Shown: in pieces, positions 29,868 to 38,785 of the stretch | How the letters are laid out: every line of letters begins with the position of its first letter | Position numbering within the stretch: position 1 is the stretch's first letter | NCBI GenBank assembly: GCA_021202555.1 | Contig: JAJQCT010000029.1 | Span: forward strand, 66,287-130,286 | From: Clostridiales bacterium | Lineage (GTDB): Bacteria; Bacillota; Clostridia; Oscillospirales; CAG-272 | Direction: 5' to 3' | DNA: 64,000 bases | The notes under the pieces: generated by a model | The model's input: the letters and a program-made list of their open reading frames with translations, nothing else | Told to the model about the DNA's origin: nothing | Databases searched by the model: none | Translations under genes and position numbers: made by a program

Positions 29868-31375
29868 GCCCTGTGACCTCCGATTTTTTCGTTTCGCGAC
29901 ATTCCCGTCGCGCCCTCTTCGAGATTCATCCCCTTTACAAGCGAATTTTTGCCGTATTTTTTTCGTATCGACGAAATCACGCCCTGCATCCGCTCCTCTT
30001 TCTCATTCGCCGCCCGCTCGGCGTCGAGCTTTTTTTGCTCCGCCTCCCCGTCCGCGAATATATCGAGCTGGTCTGCCCGGTACGACAAGGGATTTTCCCT
30101 CTCCGCTCCCGCGGTGACAACATCGTTTGCCGCTATGTTGATTCGCCGAATCAAAAGCTCCGGATTTGTCACGCGATCGAAAATTTTCGTTGCCGCCGAC
30201 GCGATAAGTGAGGTCGAATGCGAAAAACAGCCGAGATTTTCCGAGCCGTGAGACGATTTCGGCACACGCCTGCCGTATCTATCAAGGGAAAAATCGCCGT
30301 CGTATGAAGTGTTTGCTGCATCATACCCGACGGTAAGCACAATTTGGGAGGTCAGAAGCCCGCGCTCGAAAAGCTCCATTGAAAGCGCGTCCGCCATCTC
30401 TCTCACGATGAGCCGCGCTTTTTTGCAGCTGTAAGGCTCCCTCAATACCTGCCCCGAGCTGATGCTCGAGCTTTCCGGGCGATACGCCTTTATATCCGCG
30501 ATTTCGCACGGCTCCCAGCCCCATGCGTGGTCGACCAGCAGCTCCGCCATCACGCCAAACTCCCGATAAAGCATTTCCTCGCCCGCATCCGACATCGAGC
30601 ATCTCGCAATATCTCCCATAGTGTAAAGTCCCATCGATTCGAGCCGCCTTGCATATCCGCCGCCAACGCGCCAGAAATCCGTTATCGGTCGGTGTCCCCA
30701 GAGTGCTTCCCTGTAGCTTATCTCGTCAAGCTCCGCGATTCTCACCCCGTCCGCGTCTGCCGGAATATGCTTTGCCACAATATCCATTGCAACCTTTGCA
30801 AGATAAAGGTTTTCGCCGATTCCGGCTGTCGCTGAAATTCCCGTTGTTTCATAAATGTCGCGTATAATCCGTCTCGCAAGCTCATGCGCCGTCACGCCGT
30901 AAAGGGAGAGATACCCTGTCGCGTCAATAAACACCTCGTCAATCGAATAAACGTGAATATCGTCGGGGGAGATATACTTTTTGTATATTTCGTAAACATC
31001 AACGCTCCGCTTCATGTAAAGCGACATCTGCGGGCGCGCCGCTATGAAATCAAGCTCGAGGGCGGGATTTCCCGCCAGCTCATCGGCATCGCACGATTTC
31101 CCGACAAAACTATGATTCGGAGCCGCCGCCCTTCTTTTCGCGTTTACCTCGCGCACCCGCTCCTCAACCTCAAAAAGCCGCGACCTGCCCGAAAGACCGT
31201 ATTTTTTCAGCGGCGGGGACACGGCGAGGCAAATAGTCTTTGACGTGAGGCTCACGTCCGCGACGACGAGATTCGTCCGCAGCGGATCAAGCCCGCGCAG
31301 CACGCACTCGACGGAGGCGTAAAACGACTTCAGATCTATCGCAAAATATGTGCGCTTCAATTCTCGGCTCTCCAT
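29864..31375 (-). CDS. Y-family DNA polymerase (UmuC/UvrX/DinB-like)
   Basis: YFAIDLKSFYASVEC and HVYSIDEVFIDAT catalytic acidic motifs, plus little-finger-length C-terminal part. ATG 31375 (MESRELKRTYF) is preferred; the track ORF starts 78 nt upstream. Confidence 0.85.
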   Translation of the reverse strand: MESRELKRTYFAIDLKSFYASVECVLRGLDPLRTNLVVADVSLTSKTICLAVSPPLKKYGLSGRSRLFEVEERVREVNAKRRAAAPNHSFVGKSCDADELAGNPALELDFIAARPQMSLYMKRSVDVYEIYKKYISPDDIHVYSIDEVFIDATGYLSLYGVTAHELARRIIRDIYETTGISATAGIGENLYLAKVAMDIVAKHIPADADGVRIAELDEISYREALWGHRPITDFWRVGGGYARRLESMGLYTMGDIARCSMSDAGEEMLYREFGVMAELLVDHAWGWEPCEIADIKAYRPESSSISSGQVLREPYSCKKARLIVREMADALSMELFERGLLTSQIVLTVGYDAANTSYDGDFSLDRYGRRVPKSSHGSENLGCFSHSTSLIASAATKIFDRVTNPELLIRRINIAANDVVTAGAERENPLSYRADQLDIFADGEAEQKKLDAERAANEKEERMQGVISSIRKKYGKNSLVKGMNLEEGATGMSRNEKIGGHRA

Positions 31376-31376
31376 A

Positions 31377-31446
31377 GCACAAATGTTCGTTTTCCGGATT
31401 ATATTGTACACCAAACGAGGCAAAATTGCAAGCGAAAATTTGTTCC
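31377..31446 (-). promoter_or_regulatory. Promoter of the Y-polymerase operon flanked by two Cheo-box-like (LexA) sites
   Basis: The minus strand reads TTGCAA (31431-31426) - 17 nt - TACAAT (31408-31403). CGAACATTTGTGCT (31390-31377) and CGAAAATTTGTTCC (31433-31446) each match 8 of 10 specified positions of CGAAC-N4-GTTCG. Confidence 0.45.
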
Positions 31447-31554
31447 TTTTCAAAAAGCGCTTAGAATTTTATTATAAAAGACCTCCCGCGGCGCGAACCT
31501 TTGTGAGGCTCGCAGAGAAGCTCAAAAATAATTTTGATTTTTTCGTTTTTTCTC

Positions 31555-31583
31555 TTGCAAAAATGCCGCGGATATACTATAAT
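31555..31583 (+). promoter_or_regulatory. Sigma70-type promoter of asnS
   Basis: TTGCAA - 17 nt - TATAAT, about 70 nt upstream of the ATG. Confidence 0.5.
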
Positions 31584-31656
31584 ATAAGCGTCATGCGGGA
31601 CGTTTTTTGAATTTTGAAATCTCAAATCCTGCAAAATCGGTTGGAAAAGGTTTATC

Positions 31657-33060
31657 ATGGAAAGAGTCGGAATCACATCTGTCAGATCGCTTTACGAAAG
31701 CCCCGAAAAATATTCGGACGCGACGCTTCACGTTGCCGGCTGGGCACGCAATATACGTTCAAGCAATGCCGTAGGATTTATCAGTCTGAACGACGGCACG
31801 TATTTTTCAAACGTGCAGATAGTCTTTGAAGCGTCAAATCTCGAAAATTACGAGGAAATCGCAAAGTGCAACGTAGGCGCGTCATTTCACGTTACGGGAA
31901 AGTTCATTCTAACGAAAGACCGACCGCAGCCCTTTGAGATTCACGCCGACAAAATCGAGGTGGAGGGCGCCTCCGCACCCGATTATCCGCTTCAAAGCAA
32001 GCGTCATACGATGGAATATCTGCGCACGATAGCGCATCTTCGCCCGCGTTCAAACACGTTTTCCGCTGTTTTCCGCGTGCGGAGTGTCGCCGCCTACGCG
32101 ATACACAAATTTTTCAACGAACGCGGATTCGTCTACGTTCACACGCCGATAATTACCTGCTCCGACTGCGAGGGCGCGGGCGAGATGTTCAGAATAACGA
32201 CGCTCGACCTCGATAATCCTCCGCGGGGCGAGAACGGCGAAATAGACTTTTCAAAGGACTTTTTCGGAAAGCCCGCGAATCTGACCGTTTCGGGTCAGCT
32301 CAACGTCGAAACCTTCGCGATGGCTTTTTCAAACGTCTACACCTTCGGTCCGACGTTCCGCGCTGAAAATTCAAACACGACGCGGCACGCAGCCGAATTC
32401 TGGATGATCGAACCCGAGATTGCGTTTGCAGACCTTGAGGACGACATGAATCTTGCCGAGGACATGATAAAGTACATCATCTCCTACGTGCTTGAAAACT
32501 GCGGCGCCGAGATGGAATTTTTCAATAAATTCGTCGATAAAGGGCTTATTGATCGCCTCACCGCACTTGTGGAGAGCGATTTCGGGCGCGTGACATACAC
32601 CGATGCCGTGAAGCTTCTTTCCGAATCGGGCGCGCAGTTCAAATTCCCCGTATACTGGGGGATGGATATGCAGACGGAGCATGAGCGCTATCTCACGGAG
32701 AAAATCTTCGGAAAGCCCGTATTTGTCACGGATTATCCGAAGGAGATAAAGGCGTTTTATATGCGTCAGAATGACGACGGAAAGACGGTCGCAGCCTGCG
32801 ATATGCTCGTTCCGGGCGTCGGCGAGATGATAGGCGGTTCGCAGCGCGAGGAAAGGCTTGAGCTTCTTGAAGAAGCGATACACCGCTTCGGGCTTAATCC
32901 CGACGATTATCAATGGTATGCGGAGCTTCGCCGATACGGCGGAACAAAGCACGCCGGCTACGGGCTCGGCTTTGACAGGCTTCTCATGTATATGACGGGA
33001 ATGTCGAATATACGCGATGTGCAGCCGTTCCCGCGCACGGCGGGACTTGCGGATTTTTAA
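31657..33060 (+). CDS. asnS: Asparagine-tRNA ligase
   Basis: 467 aa with [21 protein letters not shown] (AsnRS signature) and class II motif 3 [12 protein letters not shown]. Confidence 0.9.
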   Translation: MERVGITSVRSLYESPEKYSDATLHVAGWARNIRSSNAVGFISLNDGTYFSNVQIVFEASNLENYEEIAKCNVGASFHVTGKFILTKDRPQPFEIHADKIEVEGASAPDYPLQSKRHTMEYLRTIAHLRPRSNTFSAVFRVRSVAAYAIHKFFNERGFVYVHTPIITCSDCEGAGEMFRITTLDLDNPPRGENGEIDFSKDFFGKPANLTVSGQLNVETFAMAFSNVYTFGPTFRAENSNTTRHAAEFWMIEPEIAFADLEDDMNLAEDMIKYIISYVLENCGAEMEFFNKFVDKGLIDRLTALVESDFGRVTYTDAVKLLSESGAQFKFPVYWGMDMQTEHERYLTEKIFGKPVFVTDYPKEIKAFYMRQNDDGKTVAACDMLVPGVGEMIGGSQREERLELLEEAIHRFGLNPDDYQWYAELRRYGGTKHAGYGLGFDRLLMYMTGMSNIRDVQPFPRTAGLADF

Positions 33061-33099
33061 TAAAGCTCCGCAAAACAAAAGCGTTTATAGGGGGGACTT

Positions 33100-34368
33100 A
33101 TGAAAGACGGAATTTTTTCAGACAGCGAAAGAGAGGCGCTTCGCGCTCGCTATGAGGATATAAAGTCGAAGGGCTATAAACTCGATCTGACGCGCGGAAA
33201 GCCGGGAAAGCGCCAGCTTGATCTTTCAATGGGAATGCTGAGCGTCGTTTCAAGCGGCGAGGACTGCTACTCCGAGGCGGGAGTTGACTGCCGGAATTAC
33301 GGCGTTCTTGACGGACTTCCCGAGACAAAGGCGATTTTCGCCGAGCTGCTCGGCGTCCCGAGCGATAACATCATCGTTGCGGGCAACTCAAGCCTCAATC
33401 TCATGTACGACATGGTGACGCGCGCGATGATATTCGGCGTTCCGGGCGGAGAGCGCCCGTGGGGCGAGCAGAAGGGAATCAAATTTCTCTGCCCCGTTCC
33501 CGGATATGACAGACACTTTTCAATATGCGAGGCGTTCGGAATCGAGATGATACCCATCCGCATGAACGAGGATGGACCCGACATGGACATTGTCGAGGCG
33601 CTTGTGAAAACGGACGAGCGTATAAAGGGAATCTGGTGCGTTCCGAAATTCGCGAATCCGTCGGGAATAACGTACAGCCGCGAGGTTGTGGAGCGCTTCG
33701 CAGCGCTCACGCCGAGAGCGCCCGATTTCAGGATTTTCTGGGACAACGCCTACATCGTACACAGCCTTTATCCCGATGATCCCGATCCTGCCGACTGGAA
33801 CATCTTCGATGAAATAAAGAAATACGGCAGGGAGCATGAAAATATGCTCTACTGCTTCGCATCAACGTCAAAAATCACGTTCCCAGGCTCGGGCGTCGCG
33901 ATTCTTGCCGCGAGCGGCGAAAACATCGAATACACGAAAAAGGTTATGTCGTATCAGACAATCGGTCACGACAAGATAAACCAGATGCGGCACGTGAAGT
34001 ATTTCGGTTCGGCGGAGGGAATACGCAATCATATGAGGCTTCATGCGGAGCTTCTGCGCCCGAAGTTCGAGATTGTATGCGGAACACTGGAGCGTGAGCT
34101 TGGCGGGCTTGGTATCGCGAAATGGTCAAATCCGCGCGGCGGATATTTTGTGAGCCTCGACGTCATGCCGGGATGCGCCAAGCGCGTATATGAGCTTTGC
34201 CGTGAGGCAGGCGTTGCGCTCACTCCCGCAGGCGCGACATTTCCCTACGGTCACGACCCGAACGATTCAAATCTCAGAATCGCGCCGACCTTTCCCGAAA
34301 ATGACGAGCTTCAGACGGCAATGGATGTGCTTTGCCTCTGCGTCAAGCTCGCCGCGGCAGAAAAATAA
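33100..34368 (+). CDS. PLP-dependent aminotransferase, class I/II fold (aspartate-aminotransferase-like)
   Basis: 422 aa with LDLTRGKP, GNSSLNLMYD and STSKITFPGSGV (PLP lysine region). Substrate not assignable from sequence alone. Confidence 0.7.
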   Translation: MKDGIFSDSEREALRARYEDIKSKGYKLDLTRGKPGKRQLDLSMGMLSVVSSGEDCYSEAGVDCRNYGVLDGLPETKAIFAELLGVPSDNIIVAGNSSLNLMYDMVTRAMIFGVPGGERPWGEQKGIKFLCPVPGYDRHFSICEAFGIEMIPIRMNEDGPDMDIVEALVKTDERIKGIWCVPKFANPSGITYSREVVERFAALTPRAPDFRIFWDNAYIVHSLYPDDPDPADWNIFDEIKKYGREHENMLYCFASTSKITFPGSGVAILAASGENIEYTKKVMSYQTIGHDKINQMRHVKYFGSAEGIRNHMRLHAELLRPKFEIVCGTLERELGGLGIAKWSNPRGGYFVSLDVMPGCAKRVYELCREAGVALTPAGATFPYGHDPNDSNLRIAPTFPENDELQTAMDVLCLCVKLAAAEK

Positions 34369-34384
34369 GAAAATATTCAAAAAC

Positions 34385-34418
34385 GGCACGACGGAATCAC
34401 CCCGCCGTGCCTTTTTTT
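34385..34418. terminator. Bidirectional terminator between the aminotransferase gene and pilC
   Basis: GGCACGACGG AATCACC CCGCCGTGCC (10 bp, one mismatch) followed by TTTTTTT, with an A-run upstream. Confidence 0.7.
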
Positions 34419-34473
34419 CGCTGAAAATATAAAAATCCCGCGTGAAAATCCGATTCAAAGCCGGCGCTTTGAA

Positions 34474-35688
34474 TCAAATCAGCTCGCCAATGGCATCCGT
34501 AACGCCCAAAAGCGGCAGGAAAACGGAAAGCACAACTAAAAAGACGGCAGCGGACATAATTATTATCACCGCAGGCTCTATAATCGACGTGAGCTTTGCG
34601 GAAAACGACTTAATCTCCTCATCGTAAAATTCAGAAAGTCCGCCCAAAAGCCCGGGAATATTGCCCGAATTTTCGCCTATATACGCGGCGTCCGACAAAA
34701 GCTTCGGAAATACTCCCGCGCTGCGTATCGCTGCCGAAAGCTCCGAGCCGTTTTTAACCATTTCGGCTGTTTTGCGGACAGCGCCGTTAAAGCAGGAGTT
34801 TCGCATAGACGACGCCGCAAGTCCGAGCGCATCGACAATCGGAAGTCCTGCCCCGAGAAGAAACGACATCGTGCGGCAAAATTCCGCTGTGGCGTAATTT
34901 TCGGAGCATTTTGATATTATCGGAACGCGGAGCAGCATAACATCGAAAAAGTGCTTTACGGCTTCGATTTTAGAAACTGCGGTGAAAATTCCAACAAGCG
35001 CCGCCGCCGTCACGAAAAGTGGAATCGCATTTGAAGAGATAAAATCCGAGGCAGCTATCACCGCACGGGTAACAGACGGCAGCTCCGCGCCCATTTCTTC
35101 AAGCATACCCGATATTTCCGGTATAACAAAAGCAAGCATCGCGAAAATGACGGCTACCATGAACACGAGCAGCACGGCAGGATATGCGAGCGCGTTTTCA
35201 ATGCTTTTTCTTGTTTTATTCCGCTCCCTGAAGTAGCCCTCCATGCGCGAAAACGAATGCTCGAGATTGCCTGATGCCTCTCCCGACGCCGCGGCGCATA
35301 TCATAATTTCGGGAAAAACGTCCCGCCTGCTTTTCATCGCCTCCGAAAGACGTATCCCACGGCGCAGATCCGAAAGCATTTCGCAGAGCGCTCCCGCAAG
35401 GCAGGACGAGCTTGTCATTTCGCTCAAATAATGAATCGCGTCCGACACTGTGATTCCCGCGCGAAGCAGCGCCGCCGCCTGACGGCAAAATACGGACATT
35501 TCGCCGTCGCTCGGTCGCCTTTTGAAGCCGAGCTTTATCCCGCCGCGCCGTTCTTTTTTCTCTTTCAGGCAAAGTACAAGATAGCCGACAGCGTGAAGCG
35601 AGCTTTTCGCGTCGTCCTTTGTGGGTGCTGTAAGATTGGATGTTACAATTCCGCCAAGGGAGTTTATCGCTTTGAATTTATACGTCAT
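34474..35688 (-). CDS. pilC: Type II secretion / type IV pilus platform protein (GspF/PilC family)
   Basis: 404 aa with two T2SSF-type repeats and hydrophobic segments. Lies directly downstream of the GspE-family ATPase. Confidence 0.85.
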   Translation of the reverse strand: MTYKFKAINSLGGIVTSNLTAPTKDDAKSSLHAVGYLVLCLKEKKERRGGIKLGFKRRPSDGEMSVFCRQAAALLRAGITVSDAIHYLSEMTSSSCLAGALCEMLSDLRRGIRLSEAMKSRRDVFPEIMICAAASGEASGNLEHSFSRMEGYFRERNKTRKSIENALAYPAVLLVFMVAVIFAMLAFVIPEISGMLEEMGAELPSVTRAVIAASDFISSNAIPLFVTAAALVGIFTAVSKIEAVKHFFDVMLLRVPIISKCSENYATAEFCRTMSFLLGAGLPIVDALGLAASSMRNSCFNGAVRKTAEMVKNGSELSAAIRSAGVFPKLLSDAAYIGENSGNIPGLLGGLSEFYDEEIKSFSAKLTSIIEPAVIIIMSAAVFLVVLSVFLPLLGVTDAIGELI

Positions 35689-35694
35689 CGCAGC

Positions 35695-37383
35695 CTAATC
35701 CCTTTCGTACATTATATTTGTCAGCGAGAGCCTTTCCGCTTCCTTTGGCGATGTTATTCCCGAAAGCACAAGACTGCGAATGCCGGAATCGAGCGTTTTC
35801 ATTCCCTCGCTCACCGCCATGCGCTTCAGCTCCGCTGACGGCGTGCCTGACGCTATCGCGTCGCGTATTGTCGGCGTTATCTCCATAATTTCAAATACTC
35901 CCGTCCTGCCGTAATATCCCGTGCCCTCGCATTTCGGGCAGCCTGCGGCGTCATATACGTACACATCCTTCGCCTCTTGCGGCGTGAGATTCAGAAATTT
36001 AGCCTCGCCGCTTGTCACGCGCCTTTTCCTTTTGCATTCGGTGCATAAAATGCGCGTAAGCCGCTGCGCGATTATGCCCGCAGCGCCGTCGGCGATGAGA
36101 TATTCCTCGATTCCCATGTCGCGAAGCCGCGTAATGCTGCCGGCAGTGTCGCTCGTATGAAGCGTACTCAGGACAAGATGCCCCGTTATGGATGCCTGAA
36201 TCGCGATTTCTGCCGTTTCGTTGTCGCGTACCTCGCCTATTAAAATCACGTCGGGGTCCTGACGCAGAATTGAACGAAGCGTTTTTGAAAAGGTCAGACC
36301 CGCGCCGCCGTTTACCTGCACCTGATTTACGCCTTCAATCATAACCTCAACCGGATCCTCGACTGTGACAATATTTATTCCCTCGCGCCGAAGCTCCTCA
36401 AGAGCCGCGTACATTGTCGTAGTTTTTCCGGAACCCGTAGGTCCCGCGACAAGCACAAGCCCGTTCGGGCGATGAAGTATTCTGTTGAATTTTTCAAGAT
36501 CGTCTCCCGAAAATCCGAGCGTTTCCCAGCTTTTGCTGATTGTATATTTCCGAGACACGCGAAGCATACATTTTTCGCCGTTTACCGTCGGAAGAACAGA
36601 TACGCGGATGTCGTATTCGCTCCCGTCCACAGTCATTGAAAATTGTCCGTCCTGCGGCAGCCTCTTTTCGGATATGTCGCACCCGCTCATTATCTTTATT
36701 CTCGCCGAAATCGCAGGCAAAAGACTTATCTCGTAGTTCTCAATTGTCAGAAGTGTGCCGTCAATGCGGTAGCGCACACGGATTTTGTCGGGGAGCGGCT
36801 CAATGTGAATATCGGACGCGCGGCGGCGCACCGCCTGCTTTATTGTCTCGTCCACAAGCTTTACAAGCGGCGAATATTTCACCTCCTCGCGCAGCAGGCG
36901 TTCCTCGTCGTATGTCATTTTCGCCTCTCCGGCGACGCTCGCGGCATTTTTCATTTCCTCGCTGCCGTAAATTTTGTCAATCGTCCTCACTATATCCGAT
37001 TTTGACGCAAGAAAAACGCGGATGCGATAACCGCGTGAATTTGCCATGTCTCTGACATACATATTCAGCGGATCGCATACCGCGACAGACAGTATATTCG
37101 TATCCTCGTCATACTCAAAGGGGATAAAGAGATTTTTCAGAAGCTCATCGGCGCGAAAGCTCTCCGACAGCCCATGCGAAACCTCGCGCTCGTAAAGCCT
37201 GACGGTGGGCAAGCCCGACGCATCCGAGATGATTTTCGTCAGCAAATCCTCGCTCACGGCGTATGAGGACAAAAGCATATCCGATATGCTCTCCCCGCCC
37301 TCGGCAAGCTTTAAGATTTCCTCCGCATCAGTATCGGAAAGCAGTTTTTTATCCATCAGCGCTTTCAGTATGCGGGCGTACAT
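35695..37383 (-). CDS. pilB: Type II secretion / type IV pilus assembly ATPase (GspE/PilB family)
   Basis: Walker A GPTGSGKTT, Walker B/His box region, C-terminal tetracysteine CTEC...CPKCEGTG and an N-terminal T2SSE_N-like domain. ATG 37383 follows GGAGGA. Confidence 0.9.
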   Translation of the reverse strand: MYARILKALMDKKLLSDTDAEEILKLAEGGESISDMLLSSYAVSEDLLTKIISDASGLPTVRLYEREVSHGLSESFRADELLKNLFIPFEYDEDTNILSVAVCDPLNMYVRDMANSRGYRIRVFLASKSDIVRTIDKIYGSEEMKNAASVAGEAKMTYDEERLLREEVKYSPLVKLVDETIKQAVRRRASDIHIEPLPDKIRVRYRIDGTLLTIENYEISLLPAISARIKIMSGCDISEKRLPQDGQFSMTVDGSEYDIRVSVLPTVNGEKCMLRVSRKYTISKSWETLGFSGDDLEKFNRILHRPNGLVLVAGPTGSGKTTTMYAALEELRREGINIVTVEDPVEVMIEGVNQVQVNGGAGLTFSKTLRSILRQDPDVILIGEVRDNETAEIAIQASITGHLVLSTLHTSDTAGSITRLRDMGIEEYLIADGAAGIIAQRLTRILCTECKRKRRVTSGEAKFLNLTPQEAKDVYVYDAAGCPKCEGTGYYGRTGVFEIMEITPTIRDAIASGTPSAELKRMAVSEGMKTLDSGIRSLVLSGITSPKEAERLSLTNIMYERD

Positions 37384-37404
37384 GACAGTTCCTCCGAAAA
37401 TCAA

Positions 37405-38241
37405 TTAATTTTTTGACGATTCATCGCACATTCGCACGTAATCGACAAATTTCGTACAAATGCCGAAAAGGCACTCATCAAGATAGGCAAATGCTTTTGC
37501 CGCTATGTCGTCGGGAACTCCATAATATGCGCCCGCAATTGAGCCTGCAATCGCCGCAAGCGTATCGCTGTCACCGCCTATCGAGACGGCAAGACGAACG
37601 GCTTCCTCGTAGCTTTTCGCCTCGCGGAAGCATACGAGCGCCTGCGGGATTGTTCCTGAGCAGGTTTCGTCAAACTTATACGTCTGTCGAATTCCGTCGG
37701 TCGTGAAATCAAGCGCGTAATAATTCTCTGCCATAGAGAGAATTTCTTCCTTGGAAAATCCGTGAAGCGCCATATAGACCGCTGCCGCCGTCACCTCCGC
37801 GCCCTTGATTCCCTCGGGGTGATTGTGCGTCGGTGATGTCACAAGGTCTGCCTTCCGCCTCGCCTCATCTATCGAGCGGGACACATATGCAACGGGACTT
37901 ACTCGCATCGCAGCACCGTTTCCGAGGCTGTTATAGGGCTTCGGCTCGTCCGAAAACATCCACACCCTGAATCTTCCGCCGTAGCCGCACGACGGATAAT
38001 TCCGTCCTATTTCGCGCATCGCAGACACCGCGCATTCATAAAGCTTTCCATCGTCGCCGTCCGAATCGATAAGAGCCTTCATCACGGCAACAGTCATCAC
38101 GCTGTCGTCAGTTGCCTCACAGTCAGGCGCAAACAGGGGAAATTCGGTCGAGCGATGATTGTTAAACTCGTATTTCGAGCCGATTATGTCGCCCGCCAGC
38201 GCGCCGACGACGTTTTTTGCATCCTTCACATTTAATGCCAT
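37405..38241 (-). CDS. ADP-ribosylglycohydrolase family protein
   Basis: GDIIGSKYEF, ATDDSVMT, GNGAAMRVSP, THNHPEGIKG and GGDSDTLAAIAGSIAGAYYG. ATG 38241 is the start conserved with the second F2 copy. The track ORF extends 168 nt further through the leader. Confidence 0.85.
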   Translation of the reverse strand: MALNVKDAKNVVGALAGDIIGSKYEFNNHRSTEFPLFAPDCEATDDSVMTVAVMKALIDSDGDDGKLYECAVSAMREIGRNYPSCGYGGRFRVWMFSDEPKPYNSLGNGAAMRVSPVAYVSRSIDEARRKADLVTSPTHNHPEGIKGAEVTAAAVYMALHGFSKEEILSMAENYYALDFTTDGIRQTYKFDETCSGTIPQALVCFREAKSYEEAVRLAVSIGGDSDTLAAIAGSIAGAYYGVPDDIAAKAFAYLDECLFGICTKFVDYVRMCDESSKN

Positions 38242-38381
38242 GACTTTCGCATTAGCGAAAGTTTCCTTTCGTTCGGAATTGTGTCCGGTTCCGCGTAGCG
38301 GAATCATCGCACCGATTATTGTGCGATGAAGGACACAAAACGAAGAGAAACCGCAAGGGTTGAAAGATTTATCTTTCAAAC
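38242..38381 (-). repeat. F2 structured leader, copy 1 (5' UTR of the ADP-ribosylglycohydrolase-pilBC operon)
   Basis: About 85 percent identical by eye to 53765-53977 apart from indels. Contains palindrome TTGAAAGAT-AA-ATCTTTCAA, a long helix enclosing two hairpins, AAAGGAAAC, the 8-bp hairpin ACTTTCGC TAAT GCGAAAGT, then C-ATG. Confidence 0.8.
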
Positions 38382-38451
38382 TTCCCTCCACTGTGCCGTA
38401 AATTGACAAAACACATTCGGTTTATTTTGTCGAACTGTGTCATTATATGGC

Positions 38452-38480
38452 ATTATACAATGAAAAAACGCAAATGTCAA
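38452..38480 (-). promoter_or_regulatory. Sigma70-type promoter driving F2 copy 1 and the ADP-ribosylglycohydrolase operon
   Basis: The minus strand reads TTGACA - 17 nt - TATAAT, with a second TATAAT 4 nt downstream. Confidence 0.55.
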
Positions 38481-38572
38481 GTGTGGCGGGCACTGTTTTT
38501 ATAAAAAAGCGTGATTTTGTGCATTTCTCGCCTATATTCAATCGAAAATATAAATTCCTCGGTCAAAAACAT

Positions 38573-38601
38573 TTGCAGTTTTGCGCTGAATATGATATAA
38601 T
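38573..38601 (+). promoter_or_regulatory. Sigma70-type promoter driving F1 copy D
   Basis: TTGCAG - 17 nt - TATAAT, immediately followed by AACATTGAA. Confidence 0.55.
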
Positions 38602-38735
38602 AACATTGAATAATGAATCGCAGATTCAAAGACATTCCATTGTGACCCCATTGGTTCACAATGGAAGTCGTCAAGTTGGTGAATATCGAATCCGAATCAC
38701 AGATTCGCCTTCAATATTCACGGTTCAGCATTTAG
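38602..38735 (+). repeat. F1 multi-hairpin module, copy D (full: H1 + H2 + H3 + tail)
   Basis: AACATTGAA; TGAATC GCA GATTCA; GAC-A-TTCCATTGTGA..TCACAATGGAA-GTC; GTGAATATCGAA..CGAATC ACA GATTCG..TTCAATATTCAC; GGTTCAGCATTTAG. Collinear with copy C. Confidence 0.8.
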
Positions 38736-38785
38736 TTTATAGTAATAACGGCTTATTAATTTTTATTTCCGGAGGATACTTAATT

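Noticed and set aside
31456-31468. A 13-nt identity (AGCGCTTAGAATT) with the tail of F1 copy E.
   Set aside because: By a rough expectation estimate, exact 13-mers shared by chance are expected many times in a 64-kb window. There is no flanking F1 architecture.
31584-31656. A T-box leader upstream of asnS.
   Set aside because: The leader is only about 70 nt and lacks a specifier-loop/T-box sequence (AGAGA...UGGNACC-type). The small hairpin CGTC-ATGCGG-GACG plus T-run is too weak to call an attenuator.
34453-34476. The hairpin GATTCAAAGC-CGGC-GCTTTGAATC over the pilC stop codon, whose arms equal the apical arms of F1 copy A hairpin H3.
   Set aside because: The shared stretch is only 10 nt and none of the F1 frame sequences (GAC...GTC, TGAATAT...ATATTCAC) is present. 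It could be a simple 3' hairpin, and I noted it without further claim.
38242-38409. A 56-codon N-terminal extension of the ADP-ribosylglycohydrolase ORF in the track.
   Set aside because: It reads through the F2 leader. The ATG at 38241 is the position conserved with the second F2 copy, and it gives an N-terminus (MALNVKDAKNVVGALAGDIIGS) typical for the family.
38447-38785. A 113-codon N-terminal extension of the 38786 membrane-protein ORF.
   Set aside because: It covers a consensus promoter and the whole F1 copy D. ATG 38786 has a GGAGGA SD, and the extension has no coding-like features.
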